From Dendrobates tinctorius (lineage: Eukaryota), in contig NW_027361759.1 of NCBI RefSeq assembly GCF_039654945.1, positions 3,224,001 to 3,288,000 of the forward strand: a DNA stretch of 64,000 nucleotides. Reading direction: 5' to 3'. The notes beneath the pieces were generated by a model. The model searched no databases. It saw only the letters and a list, made by a program, of their open reading frames with translations, and was not told the origin of the DNA. The stretch's first letter is position 1, and each line of letters opens with the position of its first letter. The position numbers were made by a program, and so were the translations under genes. Positions 37,318 to 48,214 of this stretch are shown piece after piece.

Positions 37318-38386
37318 TTAGTTCGGCTACACAGAGAAAATTACGTTTTGATCACGATGTTATCATTGTGTAGTGGCTCTCTCCTAATTATAGGAGTGCT
37401 GCGGGGACTGCTTACATCACAGCTCAGTACAGTGGGAGCGCAGCAGTAACCACTCCCCAGCACTAAGAGTGACAGTTCGCTCTGCCCACACACGTAGAGA
37501 GGATGTCATTCACAGTGCTTCTGGGAGAGAGGTTGCACTGTGATTAAAACATCATTTTCTATGTAGCAGCACTTCGTCAGCTGACTACACAGGGTGTTAA
37601 AGGCTGTTTATCCATAGATGAACTCTACATCTGCAGGTAAATAGCGTTTTTCTGATGGCAGGATCCCTTAGAGGGACAAACATTGACTTGTGTATTTGTG
37701 AGATCAGCTCTTGCAGGACAAAATAAATGAGGTGCATACTTTTCTCCCATTCTCTCTCAGCTGATCTCTTTTAGAAGAACAGTACTTACCTGTTGTGGCC
37801 AAGAAATGCACTAGGATGTAGGCTGGATTCAGATGAGCATAGCTCATGTTCCACATGTGGACTGTAATGCTTGGACTGACCACAGGTCTACTGATCCAAA
37901 CTCAAAGCCGCAAATGTACACGAGGCTGTAAATTCTGGTCGAGACAAGTGGCCAGTTTGGGCATCGCAGTCCATATATAACCCACCCCATTTCAACCCAG
38001 AATTGGTCCTTGACTAAAGACAAGTGACTAGTTTGGAGCTGTTCTCTGCATCGCTATAGTTGACAGGTCTCTGGATGTGTGTATACTTCCCAGCATCTGG
38101 AACAGCTGGGGACCACACCGGATTAGTCACATCTCTCCCTGGCCGACACTTCAAACTAAGTTTTTGTTTTTTTTCTGAAATACTCTGGCAATTGCACAGC
38201 CAGGTTCTGAAATGCCGCCTGTGGTTTGGCCAGCATGAATCAAGTGACAGATTCCTTTTAAGCTGTCATTATATATTGCCTGAAATCTATTTGATTTGTA
38301 GTAATATTTGATCTCTTCAAGCTAATTCTGCAATTGTCAAGTGATCACTCTAATCACTCTTTTCTTTGTGTCTATCAAGCATAGGA

Positions 38387-39406
38387 ATGTCAGACTCCGA
38401 GGGTATTAAGGAGCTGATCTTCAGAGCTTTACAAGTGGAGAGTCTTTTACACAACAGAATGTATGAAGAAATTGAATCCCATCTCTCTTTCTTTGAAGAA
38501 GCAAAGGTCAATTGTGCAAACCTACAGCAGACTGATGTCCTCAGAGTTGTGTACAGAGTACTTAAAAGCTGTCCGCCAGGAGCACTGAAAAAGAAAGCAA
38601 AGTGCTTACTCTCCAAGTGGAAACTCTTGTACAAAGACAGCTGTCTTCATACCTACACAGTTCAGGAGAAGTTTATGGGTGAACTAGAGAGGAATGACAA
38701 TGCAACTGTGACGCAAGCTCAAGACAGCGCACAAAACCTCACAGGTCTCGAGAGTACAAGTGGTCATTCCTCTACTGTGACTGAAGAACAAAATCTGGGG
38801 TCAAGCTCACAAGCGGTATGCAGTAAGGAGCACAGGGCAGGTACCCAAGATCAGCAGAAAATGAGTGTTGAGGGCTTGAGAAAGAAGTGCCGAGAACTTT
38901 TGTATCAGGCTTTAGCTGATCCTTCACAGTGCCATGAGAAAGCCCAGGAGTATACAAAGGAGCTTGAGGAAAGCATCTACATTCTGTATGCTGGGAATGA
39001 AAAGAAATACAGAAGCTGCATTCGTAGTAAAATTGCCAATCTGAAAAATCCTAAAAATATGCACTTGAAAACTCTCATTTATTCTGGAGCTCTGAACCCC
39101 AAAACATTTGCTGGAATGACTGCTCTGGAGATGGCAAGTGAGGATCTCCGAGGCCTCCGAGCTAGCTATACTCAGGCTGGTGTCCAGGAGCATCAGCTTC
39201 CCCAGCGCAATGATGGAGTCCAGACTAGGAAAATTAAATGTAGAAAATGTGAAAGGTTTAATTGCACAGTAACCATGATTTCCCGAGGGACACTCTTTCT
39301 GCCAGGCTGGGTACGTTCCGGGAACCCAGACGAAGAGATGATGACATTTGCCATTTGTAATGAATGCGGAGAACAGTGGTATCATAGCGGATGGATATGT
39401 CTGTGA
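38387..39406 (+). CDS. TCEANC: Transcription elongation factor A N-terminal and central domain-containing protein (single coding exon, 339 aa)
   Basis: Intact ORF from ATG at 38387, just after a pyrimidine tract and AG acceptor (38383-38384). N-terminal TFIIS-N-like region (LQQTDVLRVVYRVLKSCP..LKKKAKCLLSKWK), central domain (KKYRSCIRSKIANLKNPKN) and C-terminal Zn ribbon CRKC..RGTLFLPGWVRSGNPDEEMMTFAICNECGEQWYH match vertebrate TCEANC as I recall it. Confidence 0.95.
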   Translation: MSDSEGIKELIFRALQVESLLHNRMYEEIESHLSFFEEAKVNCANLQQTDVLRVVYRVLKSCPPGALKKKAKCLLSKWKLLYKDSCLHTYTVQEKFMGELERNDNATVTQAQDSAQNLTGLESTSGHSSTVTEEQNLGSSSQAVCSKEHRAGTQDQQKMSVEGLRKKCRELLYQALADPSQCHEKAQEYTKELEESIYILYAGNEKKYRSCIRSKIANLKNPKNMHLKTLIYSGALNPKTFAGMTALEMASEDLRGLRASYTQAGVQEHQLPQRNDGVQTRKIKCRKCERFNCTVTMISRGTLFLPGWVRSGNPDEEMMTFAICNECGEQWYHSGWICL

Positions 39407-40850
39407 AGTGATTAGGAGAATGTGAGATTTTATATTCTTCAAATTCACCTATAAGTATGGATTAAGTCACTGTGATAATTAAATGGTTAATTTTTTAATC
39501 TGTAGTTTCTGTTTTTTTCCTAATCTCATAGTTGCCATTTAGGAATAATGGTCTGTTATCTGTTTTCTGTATAGACAATATAGTTTACTGTTACATGTAA
39601 GCAGCCATTTAAAGGGAGTGTAGCACCAGAAAATTACCTGTTGTTTAATCCCTTATAGATGATCGCTGTACATGTACAGCTTAAGTGTGTTATCATTGTT
39701 TGGATCAAGTTCTGTACCTGGGCCTGCTTCTCTGCAGTGTGAGTGACGGGTGTCTTATGTAGCTGGCATCATGTCAGTCTAACCATTTAAATGCTGTCAA
39801 GGCCTTTATAACTCTTCAAGATGATGGTTATCACTTCTGATGACCACTGGCACTACATGGAAGGTGACTATTAGTGGCCATAGCAGCCAGTGGCCAACAT
39901 GTCTGTCATCTGAGATTTCTTATGAAGGAGCAGCCTGTCACATTACACAGTAATATTGATGTAATGAAGTGTATTGCATATGCCATCAATAAATTGCAAT
40001 TTAAGTCCCCTAAGAGGACTAATTCAAAATGAGGAAAGAAAAATCAAAGTATTTTTAAAAAATATAAAAAAAATGTAAAAGTTGAAATCACTCACCTATA
40101 TGTTAAAATAAATGGTATAATTCAAAACCTCAACTTGTCCGACAAAAACAAGCCCTCATTGTCATGATACCAGTGCTGGGTGACCGGCACTTCTGGGGTT
40201 AATGTTCTGATCTCAGTGCAGACTCTCACCTGCACACCTGGGACCTATTATGGTGACCTCTCATTGGTTCTGGGGAGGCTTCTTATAGCCTCAGGAAGCT
40301 TCCATCCCCCGTCAGTTATACTTTCGCCCTATTGTGTGGTGACCCCTGAGTGTGTTAGTGCTGTGTTCTGGTTGCATGATTCTCTGTGTATGACTCGGTC
40401 TGGTCTCTGGATATTGCTTTGGATTCTGCTTGGTACCTTCTACGTCTGCTTGGCCCTGACTATCCGTTCTGTCTCATCCCTGGTACTTTACTGATATCTT
40501 GTGTATGACCTTTGGTGTTGTCTGACCTCCCGTCTGTTTATCCCTCCTGTACCTCGCTTGCCTGTACTGTGCATGACGTCTTCTTTGCCCGACTCTGAGT
40601 TTTCTACTTTCTCTGAAAGCAGGATGCTAAGCCCGCCCCCTTGCAGTCTCATGACCGTAGGTCCTGTGCCAGCTTGCTAAACTTCTACTTTCAGGTCCTG
40701 TGCATCTTTATTTTCCGGCTGTTCTTGTCCCCAGGGGTCCCTACGGTGCGGGTGAGTCCCTGCTTAGCGGAGGCTGTACGCCGGCGCTGTCAGGACCCTG
40801 ACATTATAACTGACCATTAAGTTTTTTTGGGGTTTTTTATGCAGAGAGTT

Positions 40851-41736
40851 ATGGATCCCATACAGTCTCTGGCTGACCAGATGAAAAGTCTGAGTCAGAT
40901 GTTTCAGGGTTTATCTCTGGAGCAGCAAGCTCTGGCTCGTTCTCAGCAGCAGGTTTCTGAGACAGTGCGGGGGACTTTAGCTGCTGGGTCTCTGGGGGCT
41001 GGGGCGAGTGATGTTGTTTTGGTGTCCCCAGAACCACCTGTTAAACTGCCTGACTTTTTTTCTGGAAACAAAAAGGAGTTCAGGGTCTTCATGGAGGGGT
41101 GCAAACTTTTTTTTAGTTTGAGATGACGTTCCTCTGGGGACGAAAGTCAGAAGGTTGGGGTCATTATGTTTCTGTTAAGAGGGTCCCCACAAGCTTGGGC
41201 TTTCTCCCTTTCTCCCACTGCCCCTGAGAGAGTGTCTGTGAATGCATTCTTTGAGGCCCTCGGGCACATTTATAATGAGCCTGACCGAGTGCGATTGGCA
41301 GAGGACATGGTGATGAGCGTCTGTCAGGGGAAACACTCAGCTGAGTGGTTTTGTACTGAATTCCGCCGCTGGGCCGCAGAGGTCTCTTGGAACGACGCCG
41401 CACTCCGAGGACTCTTTCGCAGAGGCTTGTCCGAGCGGCTGCAGGATGCCTTGGCGTTACATCCCCCACCTAACTCTCTCGAGGACGCCATGACCCAGGC
41501 CGTCTGGATGGACCGCAGGCTGTGGGCCAGAGGGGTGATGCAGGTGGAGACTCCATTGTTCCCCAGTGGAAAAGAGACTGCCCCTGAGCTCATGGATGTA
41601 GGCTCCCTCTCCCTGAAGGATACGGAGGAAACGCTGGAAGGACAAGCAGTTATGCTTTTACTGCGGTAAAACGGGACATTGGAAAAGGGAGTGTCCTGAT
41701 TGCCCGTCTTCAACCCGGTCGGCGGGAAACGACTAG
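40851..41736 (+). pseudogene. Disrupted gag of Gypsy C
   Basis: PEPPVKLPDFFSG, LLRGSPQAWA and Zn knuckle CFYCGKTGHWKREC; stop at 41124 and a frameshift near 41620. Confidence 0.9.
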
Positions 41737-42726
41737 GTCTGGGTAGCCAACGGGGAGACTACTCAGACACTCAGGTACCCTTTTCCTCATTTTCTAAAGT
41801 GTTACTGCCTGTGCAACTGTTTGTGGACGGTAGTTCTTTTTCCTCTACAGCCTTCATGGACTGTAGGTCATCGATTAATCTCATTGACTCCCAATTGGTC
41901 ACACACTGCAAGATAGGGACAATTAGGCTCAAGGTTCTGATCAAGGTGATGGCCATTGACTCCTTTCCCCTCACTAAGGAGGGAATTCTCTTTTATGTCT
42001 GACTTGTTTCCGCTCAGATTGGGCGCTACTCATGTGGAAAAGCTAAGTTGTTTTGTTCTGGACAATCTACCTGCAGTGTTGGTGTTGGGCATGCCCTGGT
42101 TACAGCGCCATAACCCAGTTATTAACTGGAAAACGGGGGAGATTGTGCAATGGGGGTTTAATGATTTTAAGTTATGTGATAAATCCGCACTGCTGGTTGA
42201 ACCTGTTAAATCTGTGTCTGTATCATCTGTCGAGCTGGAAGGTATTCCGGAATACCTGAAGGACTTCGAAGATGTATTCTCCGAAAGCGAGGCCGAGACG
42301 TTACCACCACATAGACCCTTTGACTGCGCTATTGAGCTGGTCCCGGGGGCTAAATTACCTAAAGCCCGTCTGTTTAATTTGTCCGGTCCTGAGCGCTTGG
42401 CTATGAAGGAGTACATTGCTGAAAGTCTGCGCAAAGGACACATACGTCCTTCAGTCTCACCTGTGGCGGCAGGTTTCTTTTTTGTAAAGAAAATAGATGG
42501 CGGGTTACTCCCTGTCTCGATTTTCGGGAGCTTAATCAGATTACTGTACGGAATACATACCACCTTCTGTTGATTCTCGATTTATGTAACCAACTATCAG
42601 GGGCAAAGTGGTTTTCTAAACTGGATCTTCGGGGGGGCATATAATTTGATAAGGGTCCGAGAGGGGGATGAATGGAAAACGGCGTTCCTTACGACCGAGG
42701 GACTGTTTGAAAATTTAGTCATGCCG
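41724..42726 (+). pseudogene. Gypsy C pol, 5' part (protease, start of RT)
   Basis: [35 protein letters not shown]; frameshifted; cut by L1 after FENLVMP. Confidence 0.9.
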
Positions 42727-42872
42727 GGGGGCGTGGCCTAGCAGAGCATGGTGCTGGTCACATAATCCAGGACCTCTGACGACTTCAGGCAGAGAAGCGG
42801 CTCACACATCTTACCGGCAGTTCTTTCAGCGGTGAATCTTTCTCCAGGCACTTAGTATCACCCTGGGATCAG

Positions 42873-43874
42873 ATGAGGCGGTCCAAAACTGGGCTCCGGA
42901 GCTCCCCCAGAAAGGTATCTGACTTCTTTGCCAGAGGCACCAGGCTGGAGAGGAGTTCTAAGATGGCTGCTGCCTCCCCTCATGCTGCAAAGTCTGCAGG
43001 ATCAGTACGTTCTGCTACTTCCTCTGCCTCAAGCAGAGAAGGCTCCATGGAGACTGCGGGTACTGTGGAAATGGCAAGCCCTGACAACCAGCCTGTCACA
43101 AAGGAGCAGATGAAATCCCTCTTTGCAGCTTTCAGGAAATCTATGAAAAATGATATAATGAGCATGTTGGCAGAGCTGAAGGGGGAAGTAGGAGCTATAG
43201 GGAACCGCACAGATCATTTAGAGAACAAAATGGAGGAGTTAACAGGGTCCCACAATGCACTGATAGATGAGCATGAGGAGCTTAAAGCTGAAGTCCGCAA
43301 GTTAACATCTAAAATGCTGGACAGATCCAGGAGAAGCAATGTTAGAATAAGAGGAATACCAGAAGAAGTACATGATAAAGATTTGCTCCCCCTGTTACAG
43401 GACTTTATTCAGGCTGTTGTGCCTGAAGCTGAAGGGAGAGATATCTTAGTGGACCGGATTCACAGAATCCCTAAGCCTCGAGAACTTAACCCTTCGATTC
43501 CCAGAGATACTATTGCCCGCATTCACTTCTATAAAACAAAGGAGGCCTTCCCGCTTTGTTTAAAGAAGAAACCTTCCCTGCCAGACAGATTTGCTCGCCT
43601 TTCGGTATTCCCAGACCTCTCAGCTGGCACGCTTGCGAGGAGGAGAGAATTCACCCCTTTTACAAAGATTCTACGGGATAAAGGCATTATATATCGTTGG
43701 GGTTTCCCTATCAAGCTCATTGTCAGTAAAAATGGTAACACTCTGGTTTGCTTCTCTACTGCGCAACTTGGGAAAGTGTTTGAGGACTGGGATATTCCAC
43801 CCCCTCCGCCATCTTCCTTGGATAAAGGTTCACCCCAAAACAGGAGAATTAACCCTGAATGGTTTAAAGCTTGA
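42873..43874 (+). CDS. LINE-1 ORF1p (coiled coil, RRM, CTD)
   Basis: DRSRRSNVRIRGIPE, DRIHRI, VFPDLSAGTLARRREF, YRWGFP; open frame of 333 aa. Confidence 0.9.
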   Translation: MRRSKTGLRSSPRKVSDFFARGTRLERSSKMAAASPHAAKSAGSVRSATSSASSREGSMETAGTVEMASPDNQPVTKEQMKSLFAAFRKSMKNDIMSMLAELKGEVGAIGNRTDHLENKMEELTGSHNALIDEHEELKAEVRKLTSKMLDRSRRSNVRIRGIPEEVHDKDLLPLLQDFIQAVVPEAEGRDILVDRIHRIPKPRELNPSIPRDTIARIHFYKTKEAFPLCLKKKPSLPDRFARLSVFPDLSAGTLARRREFTPFTKILRDKGIIYRWGFPIKLIVSKNGNTLVCFSTAQLGKVFEDWDIPPPPPSSLDKGSPQNRRINPEWFKA

Positions 43875-44226
43875 AGTTCCCATAACTTTCGCCTTTTGAG
43901 GTTGTGGTCTCCATTTTTCTGGATTTTTTTGCTTTTGTTTCTGTAGAGGGCGCTGGCTACTAAATTTTGTGGCCGCATCCAGCCCACCTGCAGTTCCTGC
44001 CCCACGAGCGTCTTTTTTTCGCTCTTACTGCTTTGACTGCTTGTCAGTCCTTGTGTAGCTCCGTCATGTTATGTGAGGAGTAACTTGTTTCTCAGTTTTT
44101 CTTTAATTGTTATGTCATGTTATTTGTTGTTAGGTCTTGCCTGTTTGTACCGTTTCTTTCTGCAGGGTTAATACTCCAAAGGAAGCAGATTCTCGGCTAT
44201 CACAGCCACTTCTGGCCTTACATACC

Positions 44227-47200
44227 ATGGGTTTAAAGGTATTGTCTCTAAATGTAAAGGGATTAAATTCTCTGCATAAAAGGTCATGGGTCTGGAAGGA
44301 GGCAGGGAAGGCGAGTAGTGATGTTTTGTGCATTCAAGAATCACATTTATTAGCCCAGGATAATGGTAGAATGAAAAATGTTAATTATCCTCATCAGTTT
44401 TTTGACAATAATGTCCACAAAAGGGCGGGTGTGGGAATCCTCATTAAAAGCTCTGTAGCCTTCCAGCTTGAAAGGGTGGTAGGGGACATTGAGGGGAGAT
44501 ATGTCATTTTAATTGGTCTACTAAACAATGTGCAATTTACTATTGCTTCAGTGTATGCTCCCAATGTGGGCCAGTTGAGATTCATACGCAAATTTTTGGA
44601 GACTTTTAGGGGAATAGCAAAGGGTTCCTCGGTGATATGCGGAGACTTTAATGTCCCTATGTGTAAATTCCTAGATTGTTCTCACCAAGCCCCGGTCAGA
44701 AAAGAGATGAGCCACCTGATCCGTGAGTTTCGTTTTCATGATATATGGCGATATGCTCATGCAGGAGAGAGAGACTACTCTTTTCACTCCCTAAGGTTTA
44801 ATACCTACTCTAGAATAGATTATATCTTAGTAGATGATTCGTTACTGTTGGGTTGTGACCAGATTAACATTGGCCCCATTACGTGGTCGGACCACGCGCC
44901 CGTTATGTTAACAATTTCAGACGGGGGTCCTACCCGGTCTCCTTCCAAATGGAAACTGAATGATTATATCCTCACTAACCAAGATACCAGCGATGAAATC
45001 GCTCGGCAATTAAAAGAATTTTTTGCCATTAATGATAATCAAATGGTCTCGGATGAAATTCTTTGGGCGGCCCATAAGGCCTTTGCTAGAGGTGTCCTCA
45101 TCAAAATTGCAGCAATGGAGAAAAGGGAAAGGTTAAAAACATTTAATGATATTTTGTCTAAACTCCAGCTCCTGGAAAGGGCAAACAAGGCCCACCCCTC
45201 TGACATTTTCCTTGACTCTATTAGAGGTCTGAGAGATCAGATGAGATCAATTATGCTGTATTCCTATGAAAAAAATCTAAAAAAGCTTAAATCCAAATTC
45301 TATAGCTTGGGTGATAGAGCCGGTAGGGTCCTAGCAAGTCGAGTGAAGAAAAGGGAGGCTCGGATGGCCATTCCCTTTTTAATTAAGCACGACGGGTCCA
45401 AAGTTTTAAACCCTACTCATATAGCTAGTGAGTTTAAAGAATACTATTCCCAACTATATAATCTCAAGTCAGATCCTAAAACACACCAGCCCACGAAGGG
45501 TGAAATCTCTTCTTTCCTTGCTAAACTAAATTTGCCCAAACTTTCCCCCACGGCTCTGGCTGCTCTTAATGCCCCCCTTACTGAGGAGGAAGTAGTTCGG
45601 GTTATTAAATCTTCTAAGAGACTTTCTGCCCCTGGGCCAGATGGTTTTTCTAATTCTTACTACCGCCAGTTTGCGCACATCTTGGCTCCATTTTTGGTTA
45701 GAACGTTCTCACTATGGAGGGACTCATCTGATATCCAATCTGAAAGCTACAATCACTACTATTCCTAAACCGGGGAAGCCTCCAACCTCTCCTGGTAACT
45801 TCAGACCTATCTCTCTTTTGAATTGTGATGTGAAGTTACATGCAAAAGTCTGGGCTAATAGACTCCTCTCAGTTTTGCTGGCTCTGGTCTCCCCTGACCA
45901 AGTGGGATTTGTCCCAGGGAGGCAGGCTAGAGATGGCACTAGAAGAGTGATTGATTTGATGGATTTTCTTGAGTCCAGTGGTACCCCCGGTGTATTCCTG
46001 TCTCTAGATGCGGAAAAAGCGTTTGACAGGGTACATTGGGGCTATGTGGACGCTGTTTTGGACACATTTGGTTTCTATGGTAATATAAAGGGTGCTATTA
46101 TGGCCTTATACAAAAAAAAAAATGCTTTGGTCTGTGCAGCTGGCTTCTATTCTGATAGATTTGACCTGACTAATGGGACCCGCCAAGGTTGCCCCCTTTC
46201 CCCTATAATTTTTGCTTTAGTCATGGAGCCCCTGGCGGAGTCCATTAGGCTCAACCCGGAAATCTCTGGAGTTAAAATAGGCCCTGTAGAGCATAAGATC
46301 GGTCTATATGCAGACGATGTAATTCTCTCTTGCACTGATAGTGAAAGATCATTGATAGGGATCAAAAATGCTCTCCTTGAATTTTCTAAGATTTCATATT
46401 ACAAGCTAAACGAAGGAAAATCGGTTCTCTTCTCGGTTAATGTTCCACCATCTGTTAGAAATAGAATCTCCTCACTTGTCCTATATACTTGGGCCCTGGA
46501 CAGCTTCTCGTACCTAGGACTAAGGATTTGTAAACTTTCCAATATTGTCAAACAGAATTTTAATACTCTGCTTGATTCCATTCGAAAGGACATAGACAAT
46601 CAAATACATTTACCACTTTCCTGAATGGCGCGCATTCAGATAGTTAAGATGATGTTCTTACCAAAAATTATTTATTCCGTTGTCTTCCCTTGAGGTTCCC
46701 CAAGAGGTTTCTCTCTCTTCTGCAGGCAGTTGTGAGCAGATTTATTTGGGCAGGAAAGAAACCTAGGCTTAGTATGTCTACCTTATTTTATAGTTATTCA
46801 CATGGTGGTCTGGGGGTCCCGAATTTTTATTTGTACCATAAAGCAGCAGTTCTAGAGGCGTTAAGGGAGTGGTATGATGATTCTAGTACTCACAAATGGG
46901 TGCTTGTGGAGAAATGCTTGGCCCCGCGTGGGACTTTGAGATTTCTGCTGGAGGCCCGAGTGCTTGGTTCCTTTGCCCCCTCTCTTCCCTTGCAGACAAT
47001 GAAAGTGGCATTTTCTTACTGGTCTGATCTGGTCTCTTCTCGTCAGGTGATTAAATTTGAGTCTATCTCTATTAGAGCCCCGGAGCTTCATGTGGATGGC
47101 CTCACGTTAGGCAATTGGGTGAGGAATGGTATTGTCGTCATGAAAGATATCCTCTTAATTCAGGAGTTGAAATCTTTCTCTGTCCTAATGGATGAATTTG

Positions 47201-47976
47201 GCCTTCACAGAAATAACTTCTACCAGTACCTGCAAATTCGGCATTTTTTAAATTCATGTGTATTTCCCTTATCCTGCCATAATGCTGTTTGCTCGCCAAT
47301 ACAGCGGTTTTTTAGTTCTTCCTCCTCTCAAAAACACATCCTCTCGGTAGTATATAAAGTGTTTAATTCCCCCGGTAATGGTCCTAAACAAGCGTATATG
47401 AGGCGCTGGGAAGGGGCTCTTGCTTTCTCCTCAACCCCGGACCAATGGTGGTCCGCTTCTGGCGACTTGCACAAATATTCCTCCTGTATCAATCATCTTG
47501 AGCAGCTTAAGAAAGTTCACTTTGACTGGTATTACACCCCGCTGAAGATTTCCAAATTCCGTGGTTCCTATCCCCGATCCTGCTGGAAGGGCTGCTCGGG
47601 TGTTGGTTCCCTAGGGCACGTGTGGTGGGATTGCCCGCTCATCCGGCCTTTTTGGGAAGAAGTGTCTAACATTATTACCTCAGTTACAGGCCTGGCTGGA
47701 AGTTTGAGCGGTCCGCTAGTGGTTTTGGGGATCGGTTTACATATATTCCCTGGCGATTTGAGACCAATTGTATCACACATTCTAATAGCAGCACGTATGT
47801 GTCTGGCAGATCACTGGAGAGAAATAACTATCCCCTCTAAATTGGAAATTATCCAAAAAATCAATAAACATTACCAATACGAGCGCCTTCTGACCTCAGA
47901 TATGTTTACCAAAAATAAAATAAGGAATCGCTGGTTCCCCTGGGTGGTGTCCAAATTCTCGTCCTTCCAGTCCTGA
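44227..47976 (+). pseudogene. LINE-1 ORF2 (APE endonuclease-RT-CCHC), disrupted
   Basis: SLNVKGLN, CIQESH, GDFN, SRIDY, WSDH; GTRQGCPLSP, YADD; CWKGC..HVWWDC. Frameshift near 45740, stop at 46622, frameshift near 46680. Confidence 0.95.
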
Positions 47977-48214
47977 TTGGTGGACCTGTGATCTTATTAC
48001 CTATCATCCCTACCCTTGCTACCTATGTTGCACATTGTATCCCCTAACCCTGCTATGCAGAATTTTCAGCTGTTATCTGTTTTTTCTTTGAATTTTATTG
48101 TCCTGCTGTTATAGGACAAATTTTTCAACTGTACGCATGTTTGTTGCCGTGTATAATCTGTTTTATATAAAATCTTATAAAAAATTATTGATATAATAAA
48201 ATTTAGTCATGCCG

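Larger units (their letters stand above)
42727..48197 (+). mobile_element. Full-length LINE-1 (~5.5 kb)
   Basis: 17-bp TSD AAAATTTAGTCATGCCG (42710-42726, 48198-48214); G-rich 5' end; ORF1 and ORF2; short A-rich 3' end. Confidence 0.96.
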
